64,000 nt of DNA from Ruminococcus sp. (GTDB taxonomy: Bacteria > Bacillota > Clostridia > Oscillospirales > Ruminococcaceae), in contig JAFWSI010000029.1 in the NCBI GenBank assembly GCA_017519415.1, positions 376 through 64,375 of the forward strand, written 5' to 3'. Below are positions 49,778-60,759 of this stretch, piece by piece. The position numbers were made by a program, and so were the translations under genes. The notes beneath the pieces were generated by a model. It was given only the letters and a program-made list of their open reading frames with translations, made no database searches and was not told the DNA's origin. The number at the start of each line of letters is the position of its first letter. Positions within the stretch are counted from its first letter, which is position 1.

Positions 49778-49806
49778 ATTATATCACAAAGCTTCACAAA
49801 ATGCAA
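49778..49806 (-). promoter_or_regulatory. Sigma-A promoter of the lipoprotein-kinase-RRE operon
   Basis: TTGCAT-17 bp-(TG)ATATAAT on the minus strand, overlapping the upstream terminator. Confidence 0.65.
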
Positions 49807-49837
49807 CAGGCAGTCTTTAAGGCTGCCTGCTGTTATC

Positions 49838-51145
49838 TCAAGACCTGTAAGCTTTTGCAGCCTCTGCATATACATAGAGCGCTCTTGCCAGTTCTGAAGT
49901 CTCTTTGTCTGTTTTTCCTGTCAGTACGCGGTAGACGTAGGACATGGCACTGAACCTGTAAGTCCTGCCGTCTATTACCACTTTGTGCTCGTTCATGAGC
50001 CTGTGGGCTGCAAGCCCCGTTACCTCGCAGTAGCTTCCGTAGCTGCTGGTGCCGTCCGAAGCTCCCTTTGCGTAGAGTCTTATGGCTGTCTCGGAATTGA
50101 GCACCAGCGAAAGCTTTGCCTGATCCTTTGTAAAGTTGGGTGCGTATTCCGCCACGTCCGCTGCTCTCACATCCGATATGCCCTCTACGGTATACTTTTC
50201 GCTGCCGCCGCCGAAATAGTTCTCCGACGCCTTTCCGTAGTTGTCCAGTGCCCTTAACAGCACGTTCAGCTTTTCGTTGGTTGAGTACAGTGCGGAGGAG
50301 CTGATATAGTCCTTTACGCTGTAGTCCTCACAGCAGAAGCTGCGGAGCCTTCCCGAGGAATTGCGGAGTATCAGGAGCCTGTTCTTATCATCATAGAGCC
50401 TCAGTGTTATGTCATCCGACTGCTGGAGTGCGTTGACCTTGTAGGTGAACTTATACTGATTACCGCTCAGTCTCAGCTTTTTGAAGTCGGTATATACCAC
50501 GTCGCCCTGCGGGCCGCTGAGGACCGCCTTTGCAGCGTTGCTGCTCAGGTCGGCGATGAAATTCACGCCTATATTCCCGTCAAGGGTTATGCTTGCTCCC
50601 TTGAGGGTATTCACGCTCGAAAGGAGCCCGGGACAGTTGGATATGATATTGTCCATCTTTGTATCGGGCTTCATCTCGAAGCTGCTGAGATCCACATAGG
50701 AAAGAGCCGTGCAGTTCTCGAACATACCGCTCATATCCTTTACCGCAGAGGTGTCAAGGCCGCCGAGGTCGATAGTCTCTGTCGCGGTGCAGCCCGAGAA
50801 CATCTCCTTCATATTCTTTACCTTCGTAGAATCCGCCTCCGAAAGGTCTATCACGGAAGCTGAAATGTCCTTGAAAAGGCGGCTGCTGTCCTCGGGAAGG
50901 ACTGCTCCCTTCTCCGCCCTGATCGTCCTGAGCTGCCTGTCCGCATAAGGAAGAATGTCCTTCCTTGTTATGCGACCCTTTATGACGAGGCTGCCTGCAC
51001 CTTCGTCATAGACCGCCGGCTTTTCATCAGCAGCTGCCCTGAGGACGGGCTCTGCCGCAAATAAGCTTCCCGAAACGGAAAGTGCTCCGCCGAGGACAGT
51101 GAGCGCAAGTAGCCCCGCCGCCCTTTTTTTAAAGTATCTTTTCAC
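49838..51145 (-). CDS. Secreted BspA/DUF285-type protein with the same C-terminal domain as 24519-26897
   Basis: GGAGG RBS with GTG start, signal peptide, about 3 DUF285 repeats, ALDNYGKASENYF...ALYVYAEAAKAY. Confidence 0.85.
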   Translation of the reverse strand: MKRYFKKRAAGLLALTVLGGALSVSGSLFAAEPVLRAAADEKPAVYDEGAGSLVIKGRITRKDILPYADRQLRTIRAEKGAVLPEDSSRLFKDISASVIDLSEADSTKVKNMKEMFSGCTATETIDLGGLDTSAVKDMSGMFENCTALSYVDLSSFEMKPDTKMDNIISNCPGLLSSVNTLKGASITLDGNIGVNFIADLSSNAAKAVLSGPQGDVVYTDFKKLRLSGNQYKFTYKVNALQQSDDITLRLYDDKNRLLILRNSSGRLRSFCCEDYSVKDYISSSALYSTNEKLNVLLRALDNYGKASENYFGGGSEKYTVEGISDVRAADVAEYAPNFTKDQAKLSLVLNSETAIRLYAKGASDGTSSYGSYCEVTGLAAHRLMNEHKVVIDGRTYRFSAMSYVYRVLTGKTDKETSELARALYVYAEAAKAYRS

Positions 51146-51561
51146 AAATATCCCTCCGATCGATAATAGAACGCATACCTGAATATAATAGTAATACGCC
51201 GCAGTTTTTTCCGTTATCAAAGCGCCTTTTCACAAAGCCGCTTTTTTCCACATATGTTATCCTATCACTTTCACGCCTTTAAGTCAAGCATTTTTCTGAA
51301 AATGAGCAGTCTAATTGTTCAATCTGCTGTGTAAACAGGCTTTTTTGCTGAATAATCCGTTAATTTCCGCAATACCGGCCGTCTATTCGGATCGCTTTGT
51401 TTTCACATTTTTCACATAAGGCGGAGAATTGTGATAGAATTTACACAAAAACTTCTCAAAAGCTATACAATTACTGCAAACTGATTTCACATAAGCCGAA
51501 TATAATATAGTCACAGGCTGAGGAAAAGGCCATGAAAAAAATATAAAGGAACGTGATCGAT

Positions 51562-53151
51562 ATGAGTGAATTCAATTACACATACAATAATAACGAGCAG
51601 ACAAACGGCGCCGAGGGCTACAACGGCTTCAGCACCGACAGCGGCAAGGCTCCCAAGGAGCCCAAGAAGAATACGGGCAAAAAGGTGATAGCCTTCATAA
51701 TGGCCATGGCTCTTGTGTCGGCAGGCTCTATCGGCATATACCGTAATCTTGACGGAAAGCTTTTCAATAAGAACGAGGTCGTTGAGGAGCTCGGCGATAA
51801 CAAGGCAAAGGTTTCCGAGGACAAGGACGGCGACAGCCTTACCGCAAAGACAGTCAGCATCGTGGAGCCCGTCGAAGCAGACGGCAAGGCGCTTTCAAAC
51901 GAGGAGATCGTAAAGAAGCTTCTCCCCTCGGTAGTCGGCGTTGAATCCTCATTTGAAATGGAAACGCAGGCACAGTCCTCCTTCGGTGACGACTTCTTCA
52001 ACTTCGGCTTCGGCAACTTCGGCTTCGGCGATTCATCGCCCCAGTCCAATGAGTACAAGGGCACAGGCACAGGCGTTATCGTATCGGATAACGGTTATAT
52101 CGTTACAAACGCTCACGTTATATACGACGACGAGTACGGCGCAGGCAAGGCAAAGGAAGTTACCGTTCTCCTTGACGACGACAAGACCTATGAAGCCGAG
52201 ATCATCGGCTACGATACAGACAGCGACCTTGCAGTCCTCAAAATTGACGAGACAGGTCTTACCGCTGCCGAATTCGGCGACAGCGACAAGCTCCAGCTGG
52301 GAGAATCAGTCATCGCTATCGGCAATCCTCTCGGCTTCGACCTCAGAAACACCGTAACAGGCGGTATGATCTCGGGTCTCGACAGAGATATTGCCATAAA
52401 CGACAAGGCTATGAACCTTATCCAGACCGATGCGGCTATCAATTCCGGTAACTCCGGCGGTCCCCTTATCAACAAATACGGTCAGGTTATAGGTATCAAT
52501 TCCTCCAAGATGTCTTCCTCATATTCAATGTCGGGAGCATCCATCGAGGGCATCGGCTTTGCTATTCCTTCCAATGTAACATCAAGGATCGTTGACGATA
52601 TAATGAAGAACGGCTACGTTACCGGAAAGCCCTATCTCGGAATATACTGCCAGGGCGTTACAGAGGCTGCCGCAGAGATGTACAATATGCCTGTGGGCGT
52701 ATTCGTAAAGAAGGTAAACGAGGGCGGCGCTGCTGAAAAGGCAGGCATAAAAGAAAACGACATCATCGTTGAAGTCGACGGCAAAAAGGTGACCTCAAAC
52801 GACGAGCTCATCGCACAGCTCAACAAGCACGTTGCAGGCGATACAATGGAGGTAACCCTCATCAGAAACGGCGATGAAAAGACCGTAAAGGTAACTCTTG
52901 ACGAAAAGGAAAACGAGCAGGAGGAGGAAGACTCCAAGAAGAGCGGCAAGAAGTCGTCCGACGAAGATGAAGACGAGGACACAGACAAGTCCGAAAAGGC
53001 TGCCAAGAGCAGCAAGGGCTCAAAGTCCGAAAAGACCACCGAGGCCGAGAAGGACAGCGAGGACAAGAAGAGCAGCAAGATTGAAAGAAAGACAAATCCC
53101 ATGGATGACATACTGGACGATATCCTCGAAGACGCCGACGAAGAAGAATAA
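51562..53151 (+). CDS. htrA: HtrA/DegP serine protease (trypsin plus PDZ)
   Basis: TNAHV, DLAV, GNSGGPL, PDZ domain, charged tail. Confidence 0.95.
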   Translation: MSEFNYTYNNNEQTNGAEGYNGFSTDSGKAPKEPKKNTGKKVIAFIMAMALVSAGSIGIYRNLDGKLFNKNEVVEELGDNKAKVSEDKDGDSLTAKTVSIVEPVEADGKALSNEEIVKKLLPSVVGVESSFEMETQAQSSFGDDFFNFGFGNFGFGDSSPQSNEYKGTGTGVIVSDNGYIVTNAHVIYDDEYGAGKAKEVTVLLDDDKTYEAEIIGYDTDSDLAVLKIDETGLTAAEFGDSDKLQLGESVIAIGNPLGFDLRNTVTGGMISGLDRDIAINDKAMNLIQTDAAINSGNSGGPLINKYGQVIGINSSKMSSSYSMSGASIEGIGFAIPSNVTSRIVDDIMKNGYVTGKPYLGIYCQGVTEAAAEMYNMPVGVFVKKVNEGGAAEKAGIKENDIIVEVDGKKVTSNDELIAQLNKHVAGDTMEVTLIRNGDEKTVKVTLDEKENEQEEEDSKKSGKKSSDEDEDEDTDKSEKAAKSSKGSKSEKTTEAEKDSEDKKSSKIERKTNPMDDILDDILEDADEEE

Positions 53152-53184
53152 ACAGCTTTTTATCCTATTTCCTATCATTCAGAT

Positions 53185-53219
53185 AAAAAAATAAGCTCCC
53201 TTCGGGGAGCTTATTTTTA
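53185..53219. terminator. Bidirectional terminator
   Basis: AAAAATAAGCTCCC-TTCG-GGGAGCTTATTTTT. Confidence 0.9.
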
Positions 53220-55841
53220 TTACTTTCTGAAGGCTGCGATAGACTGTTCTATCTTAGCCATTTTCTCCTCAGCCTTTGCAAGCTTCGCCTTTTCAGCGTC
53301 AATGAGCTGAGCAGGAGCCTTTGCGATAAAGCCCTGATTATTGAGCTTTCCGCTGAGGAAGTCTATATCCTTCTGAACCTTTGCCTTTTCCTTTTCAAGA
53401 CGCGCTATCTCCTTCTCCCTGTCGACCAGCTCGTCCATGGGAATGAAGATACGTGCAGTATCCGTAACTGCATTTGCAGAGTCGGGAATGTCGAACTTGT
53501 CACCTGTCTCAACGGCGGAAGCGGAAGCCAGCTTCTCGAAGAATACCGCGCAGGAGTTGAAGAGCTCCTTGTCTGCGGTCTCGATGAAGAGCTTAGCCTT
53601 TACCGACGGAGGTACGTTCATCTCCGTACGTGTATTTCTTACAGCCTTGATAGCCGAGATTATTTTCTCAAATGCCTTTTCCTCGGCTGTAAAGTCGATA
53701 GAAGCGTCGTATGTCGGGTAAGTTTCGAGGATTATCATGGACTTCTCGTTGTTGAGCACCTGCCATATCTCCTCGGTGATGAAGGGCATGAATGGGTGGA
53801 GAAGCTTCAGCATGCCCTGCATAGCCCATACAAGAACTGCCTGAGCCTTTGCCATTGTCTCGCCGCCTGCCTGAATACGGGGCTTTGTGAGCTCGATATA
53901 CCAGTCGCAGAATACGTCCCAGATAAAGTCGTATATCTTCTGTGAAGCAACGCCAAGCTCGTACTTGTCGAGGTTCTCGCCTACTTCCTTTGCAAGCTGA
54001 TTGAACTTGTTTACCAGCCACTTGTCCTCTAATTCAAGCTCTGTAGGAAGTCCCCTGAACTCGAAGTCCTCGGGGAGGTTCATCATAATGAAACGTGAAG
54101 CGTTCCAGAGCTTGTTTGCAAAGTTACGGGCAGCCTTTACCTTGTCGTCGATATAACGCATATCGTTTCCGGGTGAGTTGCCTGTTGCAAGCATGAATCT
54201 GAGAGCGTCAGCACCGTACTCGTTGATAACTTCAAGAGGATCGATACCGTTGCCAAGTGATTTGGACATCTTGCGTCCCTGTGCGTCACGAACCAGACCG
54301 TGGATAAGAACTGTATCGAAAGGTACCTTGCCCATGTTCTCCAGACCGCTGAACATCATTCTGATTACCCAGAAGAAGATGATATCATAGCCTGTTACAA
54401 GAGTGTTTGTTGGGTAGAAGTACTTTAAGTCCTCAGTATTCTCAGGCCAGCCAAGAGTTGAGAAAGGCCAGAGTGCAGAGCTGAACCATGTATCGAGAGT
54501 ATCGGGATCCTGTCTCATAGGCTTGCCGCACTTAGGACAAACCGCGCTGCTCTCCTTTGTAACTACCATTTCGCCGCACTCGTCGCAATAGAATGCAGGT
54601 ATCTGATGTCCCCACCATATCTGACGGGAGATACACCAGTCCTTGATATTTTCCAGCCAGTGGAAGTATATCTTGTCGAAGCGCTCGGGAACGAACTTTG
54701 TATCGCCGTTCTTTACGGCAGCGATAGCAGGCTCTGCGAGGGGCTTCATCTTAACGAACCACTGTGTTGATACCTTCGGCTCTACGGTAGTTCCGCAGCG
54801 GTAGCAGGTACCTACGTTATGGCTGTACTCCTCTATCTTGACGAGAGCGCCTTCCTTTTCGAGGTCCTCAACTATCTTCTTTCTTGCCTCATAGCGGTCC
54901 ATGCCTGCGTATGCGGGATAGTCGTCGTTTATGGTAGCGTCGTCGTTCATTACATTGATAACGGGCAGATTATGACGGAGACCTACCTCGAAGTCGTTGG
55001 GGTCGTGAGCAGGAGTTATCTTAACTACGCCTGTACCGAAGTCCATTTCAACATAATCGTCCGCAACTATAGGTATTTCGCGGTGTACAATAGGAAGAAT
55101 TACAGTCTTGCCTACAAGAGCCGTGTAGCGCTCGTCCTTGGGGTTTACGGCAACGGCCGTATCGCCGAGGAGAGTCTCGGGACGGGTGGTAGCAAGCTCC
55201 AGATAGCCGTCGGAGTCCTTTATCTTATAGCGGAGGTGCCAGAAATGACCAGCCTGATCCTCGTAGGTTACCTCAGCGTCGGAAAGTGATGTGCGGCACT
55301 TGGGGCACCAGTTGATTATACGCTCGCCTCTGTAAATGAGACCTTTTTCATAGTACTTGATGAAAACTTCCTTGACAGCCTTTGAACAGCCCTCGTCCAT
55401 GGTGAAGCGCTCTCTTGACCAGTCGCATGAGGAGCCAAGCTTTTTGAGCTGCTCAACGATACGTCCGCCGTACTGCTTCTTCCACTCCCATGCACGCTTC
55501 ATGAAGCCCTCTCTGCCGAGGTCCTCCTTGGTAACGCCTTCCTTGCGCATAGCCTCAACGATCTTGGCCTCTGTAGCGATAGCAGCATGGTCTGTACCCG
55601 GAAGCCAAAGTGCGCTGTAGCCGCTCATTCTCTTCCAGCGGATAAGAATATCCTGCAAGGTCTCGTCGAGAGCGTGTCCCATGTGGAGCTGTCCCGTGAT
55701 GTTCGGAGGAGGGATAACTATAGTGTAGGGCGTTTTCTTCGGATCAGCCTCAGCACGGAAGCAGCCCTTGTCGTTCCATGCGGCGTAGATACGGTCCTCG
55801 AAGTCCTTGGGATCGTAAGCCTTTGCAAGTTCCTTTGCCAT
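53220..55841 (-). CDS. valS: Valine--tRNA ligase
   Basis: PPPNITGQLHMGH, KMSKS, C-terminal coiled coil. Confidence 0.98.
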   Translation of the reverse strand: MAKELAKAYDPKDFEDRIYAAWNDKGCFRAEADPKKTPYTIVIPPPNITGQLHMGHALDETLQDILIRWKRMSGYSALWLPGTDHAAIATEAKIVEAMRKEGVTKEDLGREGFMKRAWEWKKQYGGRIVEQLKKLGSSCDWSRERFTMDEGCSKAVKEVFIKYYEKGLIYRGERIINWCPKCRTSLSDAEVTYEDQAGHFWHLRYKIKDSDGYLELATTRPETLLGDTAVAVNPKDERYTALVGKTVILPIVHREIPIVADDYVEMDFGTGVVKITPAHDPNDFEVGLRHNLPVINVMNDDATINDDYPAYAGMDRYEARKKIVEDLEKEGALVKIEEYSHNVGTCYRCGTTVEPKVSTQWFVKMKPLAEPAIAAVKNGDTKFVPERFDKIYFHWLENIKDWCISRQIWWGHQIPAFYCDECGEMVVTKESSAVCPKCGKPMRQDPDTLDTWFSSALWPFSTLGWPENTEDLKYFYPTNTLVTGYDIIFFWVIRMMFSGLENMGKVPFDTVLIHGLVRDAQGRKMSKSLGNGIDPLEVINEYGADALRFMLATGNSPGNDMRYIDDKVKAARNFANKLWNASRFIMMNLPEDFEFRGLPTELELEDKWLVNKFNQLAKEVGENLDKYELGVASQKIYDFIWDVFCDWYIELTKPRIQAGGETMAKAQAVLVWAMQGMLKLLHPFMPFITEEIWQVLNNEKSMIILETYPTYDASIDFTAEEKAFEKIISAIKAVRNTRTEMNVPPSVKAKLFIETADKELFNSCAVFFEKLASASAVETGDKFDIPDSANAVTDTARIFIPMDELVDREKEIARLEKEKAKVQKDIDFLSGKLNNQGFIAKAPAQLIDAEKAKLAKAEEKMAKIEQSIAAFRK

Positions 55842-55902
55842 TTTCATTCTCCTTTTTGTGACAGTCAGCCGCCGTCACCGTGTTTTTTTCGGTCAGAGCA
55901 AA

Positions 55903-56165
55903 TAAAAAAGCCCTGAACCGTTAAGGTTCAGGGCGAACTAAGTCCGTGTTACCACCTGAATTCGGGAATTATCCCGCACTCTGCGGAGCCTGTGAGCTCC
56001 TTCCCCTGTAACGTGAGGATCACGCCGCATACTACTGAGCATAAGCCGTTGGCACACGAAGCTCCGAAGCTACTTCCGCAAGTCCCTCATACTGCCTTTC
56101 ACCCTACGGCAGCTCTCTGAAAATCGGGTATCCTGCGTACTCCTCTTCATCATCGCCTTTGAATA
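55903..56165 (-). ncRNA. T-box riboswitch (Val)
   Basis: Minus strand AGAGA/GGTGAA stem I motifs, GAA-GTA specifier, GGTGGTAACACGG T-box, terminator; TTGACA-17-TATAAT promoter at 56173-56201. Confidence 0.9.
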
Positions 56166-56210
56166 CTTTAATATTATACACGATTATATTGTGTTTGTCA
56201 AGACATTGTG

Positions 56211-56284
56211 TCAGTGATTAGTTTTTAGTGATTGGAGCTTAGTGCCAAGAACTAAGAGTGTAGGGGCTGGCGTTCCCTACCGGC
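56211..56284. repeat. Heptamer run plus REP-like TGTAGGGGC element (copy 2)
   Basis: Similar to 12553-12614. Confidence 0.5.
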
Positions 56285-56349
56285 TGAGAATTTTTCTGAA
56301 AAGCATTTACATTAAAGAAGGCAGCCTTACGGCTGCCTTCTGATGCTTT

Positions 56350-57645
56350 TTACTTGTCCGAAGCGGATACCTCATCTATATAGAAATCGGTAAGACTGTC
56401 GGGAGATTCAAGATAGAGCTGAAGATTCTCGGCGCCGTCTGGGATAACATAAGCTGTATTCTCAAGAGTTATCCATTCGCCGCTCTTTGCGGGAACAAGT
56501 GCGATCTCGTCGTACTTCTCGCCGTCCATGTTATACTGCATGGTCATCTTCATGGTAACGTCGCTGCCGCTGTTCTGCATGGCCTTTGCTCTGAAATGGT
56601 ATGCCTGACCGGGCTTGTAGGTATCGCTGCTGAGCATTATCGTAGCGCCGTTCCAGTTATCCGTCCTTCCGCTTACGTAGAGGGACTGCTTTCCGTCGGA
56701 AGCATTCTCCTTGTCTACGGTGACCATTGAGCCGCCTCTCGGTATCCAGCCCTCTGTGCCGTCCTCAAAGCTTATCTCAAAGAAGCCTGCCTCCTTGGGA
56801 GCCTCGGTGCTGGTGTTTGCCATCATTGCGATAGCGTCCTCATCCACCTTGACCTCGATGTCCGTAGCCTCGGAGTAGGTTCCCTCCACCTTGAGGTCGT
56901 TCCTGTAGATCTCTGCCTTGCCCTTTGACTGATAGCCCTCGATAGTCAGCGCCACCTCGTACATCTTTCCGAGCTCAAGTCCGCACTTCTTCCATGCGTC
57001 AAAATGCTTGGATACTGAGATAGTGCCCTCTATCTTTGTACCATCGCCCTCAGGCTTTACCTGTCTTACGCTCCAGTACTGGTCAAAGGTCTGGGTATCG
57101 TCGATCGACGGCTGCTCATATCTTGTGGTCTTGTAAATATCGTATGTACCGCCGTCAACAGTGACCGTACCGAGAGCGATTGGAGCTCCGGGCGGTCTCC
57201 AGCTGCCCCATGATTCCACTATGTAGTACTCTATGAGGGGCTCTCTTGTCCAGCCGTAAACACACATATAGGAATTGCCGTCGGGCTGATAATCCACACC
57301 GTAGTCAACAGAGATATTTCCGAGTTCCTGGTATGTCTGTGTGCAGTCATACTTCTTTCCGCGGCGGAAGAGAGCGTTGTTTATGTCGTCCCACTCGCAG
57401 GAAAAAGTTCCGCCGCCGGGCTCGACATTGAATGTGGTATTTCCGCTGTCCTTCCACAGCTCATAGTCGTATCCGTCCGCCGAGCCTGTGATATTTTCGG
57501 TAAATACCTGAGTCTCGCCGCCGGATGTCGGCTCCTGTGACGGGGTACCCGAGGAGGGGCTGTCTGAGCTGCTGCATCCTGCCGCAAAGCACATACACAC
57601 GACTGCGGAAAATGCTGTGATCTTTCTTATGATATTTTTTAACAT
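56350..57645 (-). CDS. Lipoprotein endo-1,4-beta-xylanase GH11 with CBM22/CBM4_9
   Basis: Lipobox AAGC; PLIEYYIVE and TIEGYQS catalytic motifs; FEDG..GW..RG CBM. Confidence 0.93.
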   Translation of the reverse strand: MLKNIIRKITAFSAVVCMCFAAGCSSSDSPSSGTPSQEPTSGGETQVFTENITGSADGYDYELWKDSGNTTFNVEPGGGTFSCEWDDINNALFRRGKKYDCTQTYQELGNISVDYGVDYQPDGNSYMCVYGWTREPLIEYYIVESWGSWRPPGAPIALGTVTVDGGTYDIYKTTRYEQPSIDDTQTFDQYWSVRQVKPEGDGTKIEGTISVSKHFDAWKKCGLELGKMYEVALTIEGYQSKGKAEIYRNDLKVEGTYSEATDIEVKVDEDAIAMMANTSTEAPKEAGFFEISFEDGTEGWIPRGGSMVTVDKENASDGKQSLYVSGRTDNWNGATIMLSSDTYKPGQAYHFRAKAMQNSGSDVTMKMTMQYNMDGEKYDEIALVPAKSGEWITLENTAYVIPDGAENLQLYLESPDSLTDFYIDEVSASDK

Positions 57646-57683
57646 GTGGAGATTATCCTCCCTTTCATAAAAATTATACTGTT

Positions 57684-60458
57684 TTATTCTGTAGCGGAGA
57701 AGTTCTTTGAAGAACCGAGAACGAAGCGCTGAAGCAGAACAATATCGCCCACATCAAGAGCTCCGCTGCCGTTCAGGTCAGTATACTCGTCCGCTTCGGC
57801 GTTCTGGGAAACAAGGAGCTTCTTTGCAGCTATTACGTCCATAGCGCTGACGATCCTGTCTCCGTTGAAGTCGCCTTTTATAAATTCGGGCTCGCCGTAG
57901 TCCACGAACCTGATGTCGTTTTTAAGTACGTCGCAGGAGCCTGCGGTCTCCACCATTCTCAGATTCAGCTTCGCACACATCACCTGATTTTCGGAGCAGA
58001 AATAATCATCAATCCGGTTAAGGTGCTCCTGCATGGATACAGAACCCTCAAAGGCGGTGCCGTCTTCGGGCTGATCCTTTCTTATCGCCACATATTCATA
58101 CAGAAGCGTCGCCTTTCCGCTGTACCGGACCTCATACAGGTCATACTCATGACCGCCGGCAGTGTACGTTTTTACAAAGCTGTGCTGTCTGAGGAAAATT
58201 GATGCGTCATGACTCATTTGTGTCAGTCCGTCCTTAGCGTTCCAGTAATCCTCTGGCTCAAGGCCTGACATCTTTTCAACGACCTTCAGATTGTACCTTG
58301 TCATAATATAAGGACGCCCGGGATTGTAAAGCTCGAAAAGGTATTCTATGCCGTATTTGCCTTCAAGGCTGTTGTCTATGCTGTAATCGGCCGTCACATC
58401 GTTATGGCAGTTAAGATCATAGAAGGAATACCTTTCCCTGTTTATACCCGCTCCTGTCAGCGCACACGGATATCTTCCGGCTGATTCGCCTTCAGGTATC
58501 TTAATGGAGAAACAGCCGTTTCTCTTTGCTACAGTTTCAATATATCCGTTTCTTGTATAGATCTCTCCCTCATGATCATATCCGTCCAGAAAAGCAGCCT
58601 CTCTTTTATTGACAGTATAATCGGAATAAACCTTATATGCGTCCTCTTTGTCGAGTATGGACTCCTTATCAAGTGTGATCTCCTTTTTCAGGATGTTCAT
58701 TTCTTCTTCCGTACCCGAAGACGATTCAACGGAAAAGCCTGCCAGCGTTCCCTTTCTGAAGCCGAAGGCCTTTGCCGCATCTATCAGAGCATACAGCGGG
58801 ATCGATACCTTTCTGACCGCTGACGGGTCGTCCTCATTGTTGGGATCGGTCACACATACAAAACTGTAATCGTTCGGTAACTCATCGTACTTCTCATAGT
58901 AACTCAGGTAACTCTTACGGTATACATTGTATATCTTACCGCCGAGCTCTATAGTTCCCACATAATACTGTAAATCATAACTCCGATTTGACTTTGACAG
59001 ATCATTCGGATTCTCATAGAATATGAGCTCTGCGTCGGGCTCCTTTAACGACACCTTTGCATAGCAGTCTGTCTTGTCACCGGTGTAGGTATATTCGTAA
59101 TCGAGGCAGCAGTTGGACGAACTGTCATAAGCAGTGCTGCTGTCCCTGACTTCGTTTTTCAGTACGTCGCAGGAACCGGTGTTCTCCACCATTCTTACGT
59201 CCGTCATTGCCGAGATCACAGTATAGTCCGAGGGCTTATAGTCATCGAATATATTGTTCATATGCTCGTTAAGGGATACGCTGCCCTCGATGATCTCGCC
59301 CTTTCCGGGCTGTTTCTGTCTTATTGCAACATATTCCTCTCGGTTTCTTGTCCAGCCGTTACGGTACACTACCTTATAAAGATCGTATTTGCGTCCGTCC
59401 GCCGTATATGTCTTTATGAATTCGCCCGAATTGTATCTGAAACCGTCAATCCATGTCGTATTGTAATCCGAAGCTTTAAAGAACTCCTCAGGCTCCATGC
59501 CCGAGAGCTTTTCGACCACCTTGAGAGCACCGGACATTTCAATGCCATTTCCCACAAGCTCTATCATGCACTCTATGGAGTATTTGCCTTCCAGCTTGTC
59601 GTCTATCCTGTGATCTATGACAATATCCTCGTTGTCACTGAGCTGCAGCGCCGAAGCATTGATTCTTTCATAGCGCTTCTCTCCGCAAAACATCATACAA
59701 GGCTGATATACCCGGCAGCCATCCGGCACCGTTACCGAAAATGCACCCTGAGGATATGCGATCATCTGCGGTCCTTGGGTGTAATAGCCGTCCGAATCAC
59801 CATAAAAATCATATCCGTCGAAATAAATATTGCTGCCGGAGCTTCTCTTTGCCATGTCGACATATACTCTGTAGGGCTCCTCCCCGTCAAGGACAGATGT
59901 TTCATCTTCTGTAATTTCGGCCTTTACGCCGTCCCACTCTCCGCAGGTGATCTCGGTAACCGTTCCCTCCCGGAAGCCGAAGGACTTTAAAACCTCTGCG
60001 ATAGCATAAACGGGAACTGATACCGTACGCGATACGTCCTCGTCCTCTTTCTTAGCGCGGACTATGTTATAATTATTGGGCATTTCATAAATTGTATCAT
60101 AATAGGAAAGCATACCGCGGTAAATGTCGTATACCTCGTCCCCGATCTCCACGGTTCCAGTATAGTATGAAGAAGCCGTGGGTCTGCCTGCCGGCATATT
60201 GTCCATGAATGTCAGCGTTCCCGAGGGCTCGCTGAGCTTTATGACCGCACAGCTCTGAGAACTGCCTTCCGGAAAGCTGTTTTTATAGCTCAGCCGGTAA
60301 TTATGTCCGCCGAAGGGTGCTGAGCTCTGTCCGTCCGTCTGACCGTAGGCAGCGCTGCCGGAAAGCTGATCTTCCCGTGCCGCCGCCGAAGCAGTCAGAA
60401 CGCAGGAAAAACCGATAGCCGAAGCTGTGAGAAGTGAAATAAGTCTTTTGAGTTTCAT
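57684..60458 (-). CDS. Dockerin protein with internally duplicated, degenerate GH11-like domains
   Basis: Signal peptide, two ~400-aa homologous halves, C-terminal dockerin GDFNGD...DLNGSG. Confidence 0.75.
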   Translation of the reverse strand: MKLKRLISLLTASAIGFSCVLTASAAAREDQLSGSAAYGQTDGQSSAPFGGHNYRLSYKNSFPEGSSQSCAVIKLSEPSGTLTFMDNMPAGRPTASSYYTGTVEIGDEVYDIYRGMLSYYDTIYEMPNNYNIVRAKKEDEDVSRTVSVPVYAIAEVLKSFGFREGTVTEITCGEWDGVKAEITEDETSVLDGEEPYRVYVDMAKRSSGSNIYFDGYDFYGDSDGYYTQGPQMIAYPQGAFSVTVPDGCRVYQPCMMFCGEKRYERINASALQLSDNEDIVIDHRIDDKLEGKYSIECMIELVGNGIEMSGALKVVEKLSGMEPEEFFKASDYNTTWIDGFRYNSGEFIKTYTADGRKYDLYKVVYRNGWTRNREEYVAIRQKQPGKGEIIEGSVSLNEHMNNIFDDYKPSDYTVISAMTDVRMVENTGSCDVLKNEVRDSSTAYDSSSNCCLDYEYTYTGDKTDCYAKVSLKEPDAELIFYENPNDLSKSNRSYDLQYYVGTIELGGKIYNVYRKSYLSYYEKYDELPNDYSFVCVTDPNNEDDPSAVRKVSIPLYALIDAAKAFGFRKGTLAGFSVESSSGTEEEMNILKKEITLDKESILDKEDAYKVYSDYTVNKREAAFLDGYDHEGEIYTRNGYIETVAKRNGCFSIKIPEGESAGRYPCALTGAGINRERYSFYDLNCHNDVTADYSIDNSLEGKYGIEYLFELYNPGRPYIMTRYNLKVVEKMSGLEPEDYWNAKDGLTQMSHDASIFLRQHSFVKTYTAGGHEYDLYEVRYSGKATLLYEYVAIRKDQPEDGTAFEGSVSMQEHLNRIDDYFCSENQVMCAKLNLRMVETAGSCDVLKNDIRFVDYGEPEFIKGDFNGDRIVSAMDVIAAKKLLVSQNAEADEYTDLNGSGALDVGDIVLLQRFVLGSSKNFSATE

Positions 60459-60759
60459 AAGTAACCCTCCATTCAATAATGTCTTGATTAAAATACGTCT
60501 GATGAATATATTCTGCTCAAAAGCGCAAAGTCTTCCGGCAGATAACTATATTCTATAGTATTATAACACAAAAAAAACGGTTTGTCTAATCTTTTTTTGC
60601 CTTTTGCCGATTTTTCTTTTTCGTCGTAAACAAAAGCTTTCTGCATACATCACGCTGTCTCTACCGCATATATCCGTCGGATCGCGCAATTTTTGCCGCA
60701 CAAAAAAAGCAGCCTGTCATAAACAGACTGCTTTTTACGTTATATCAGTTTCCGCATAC

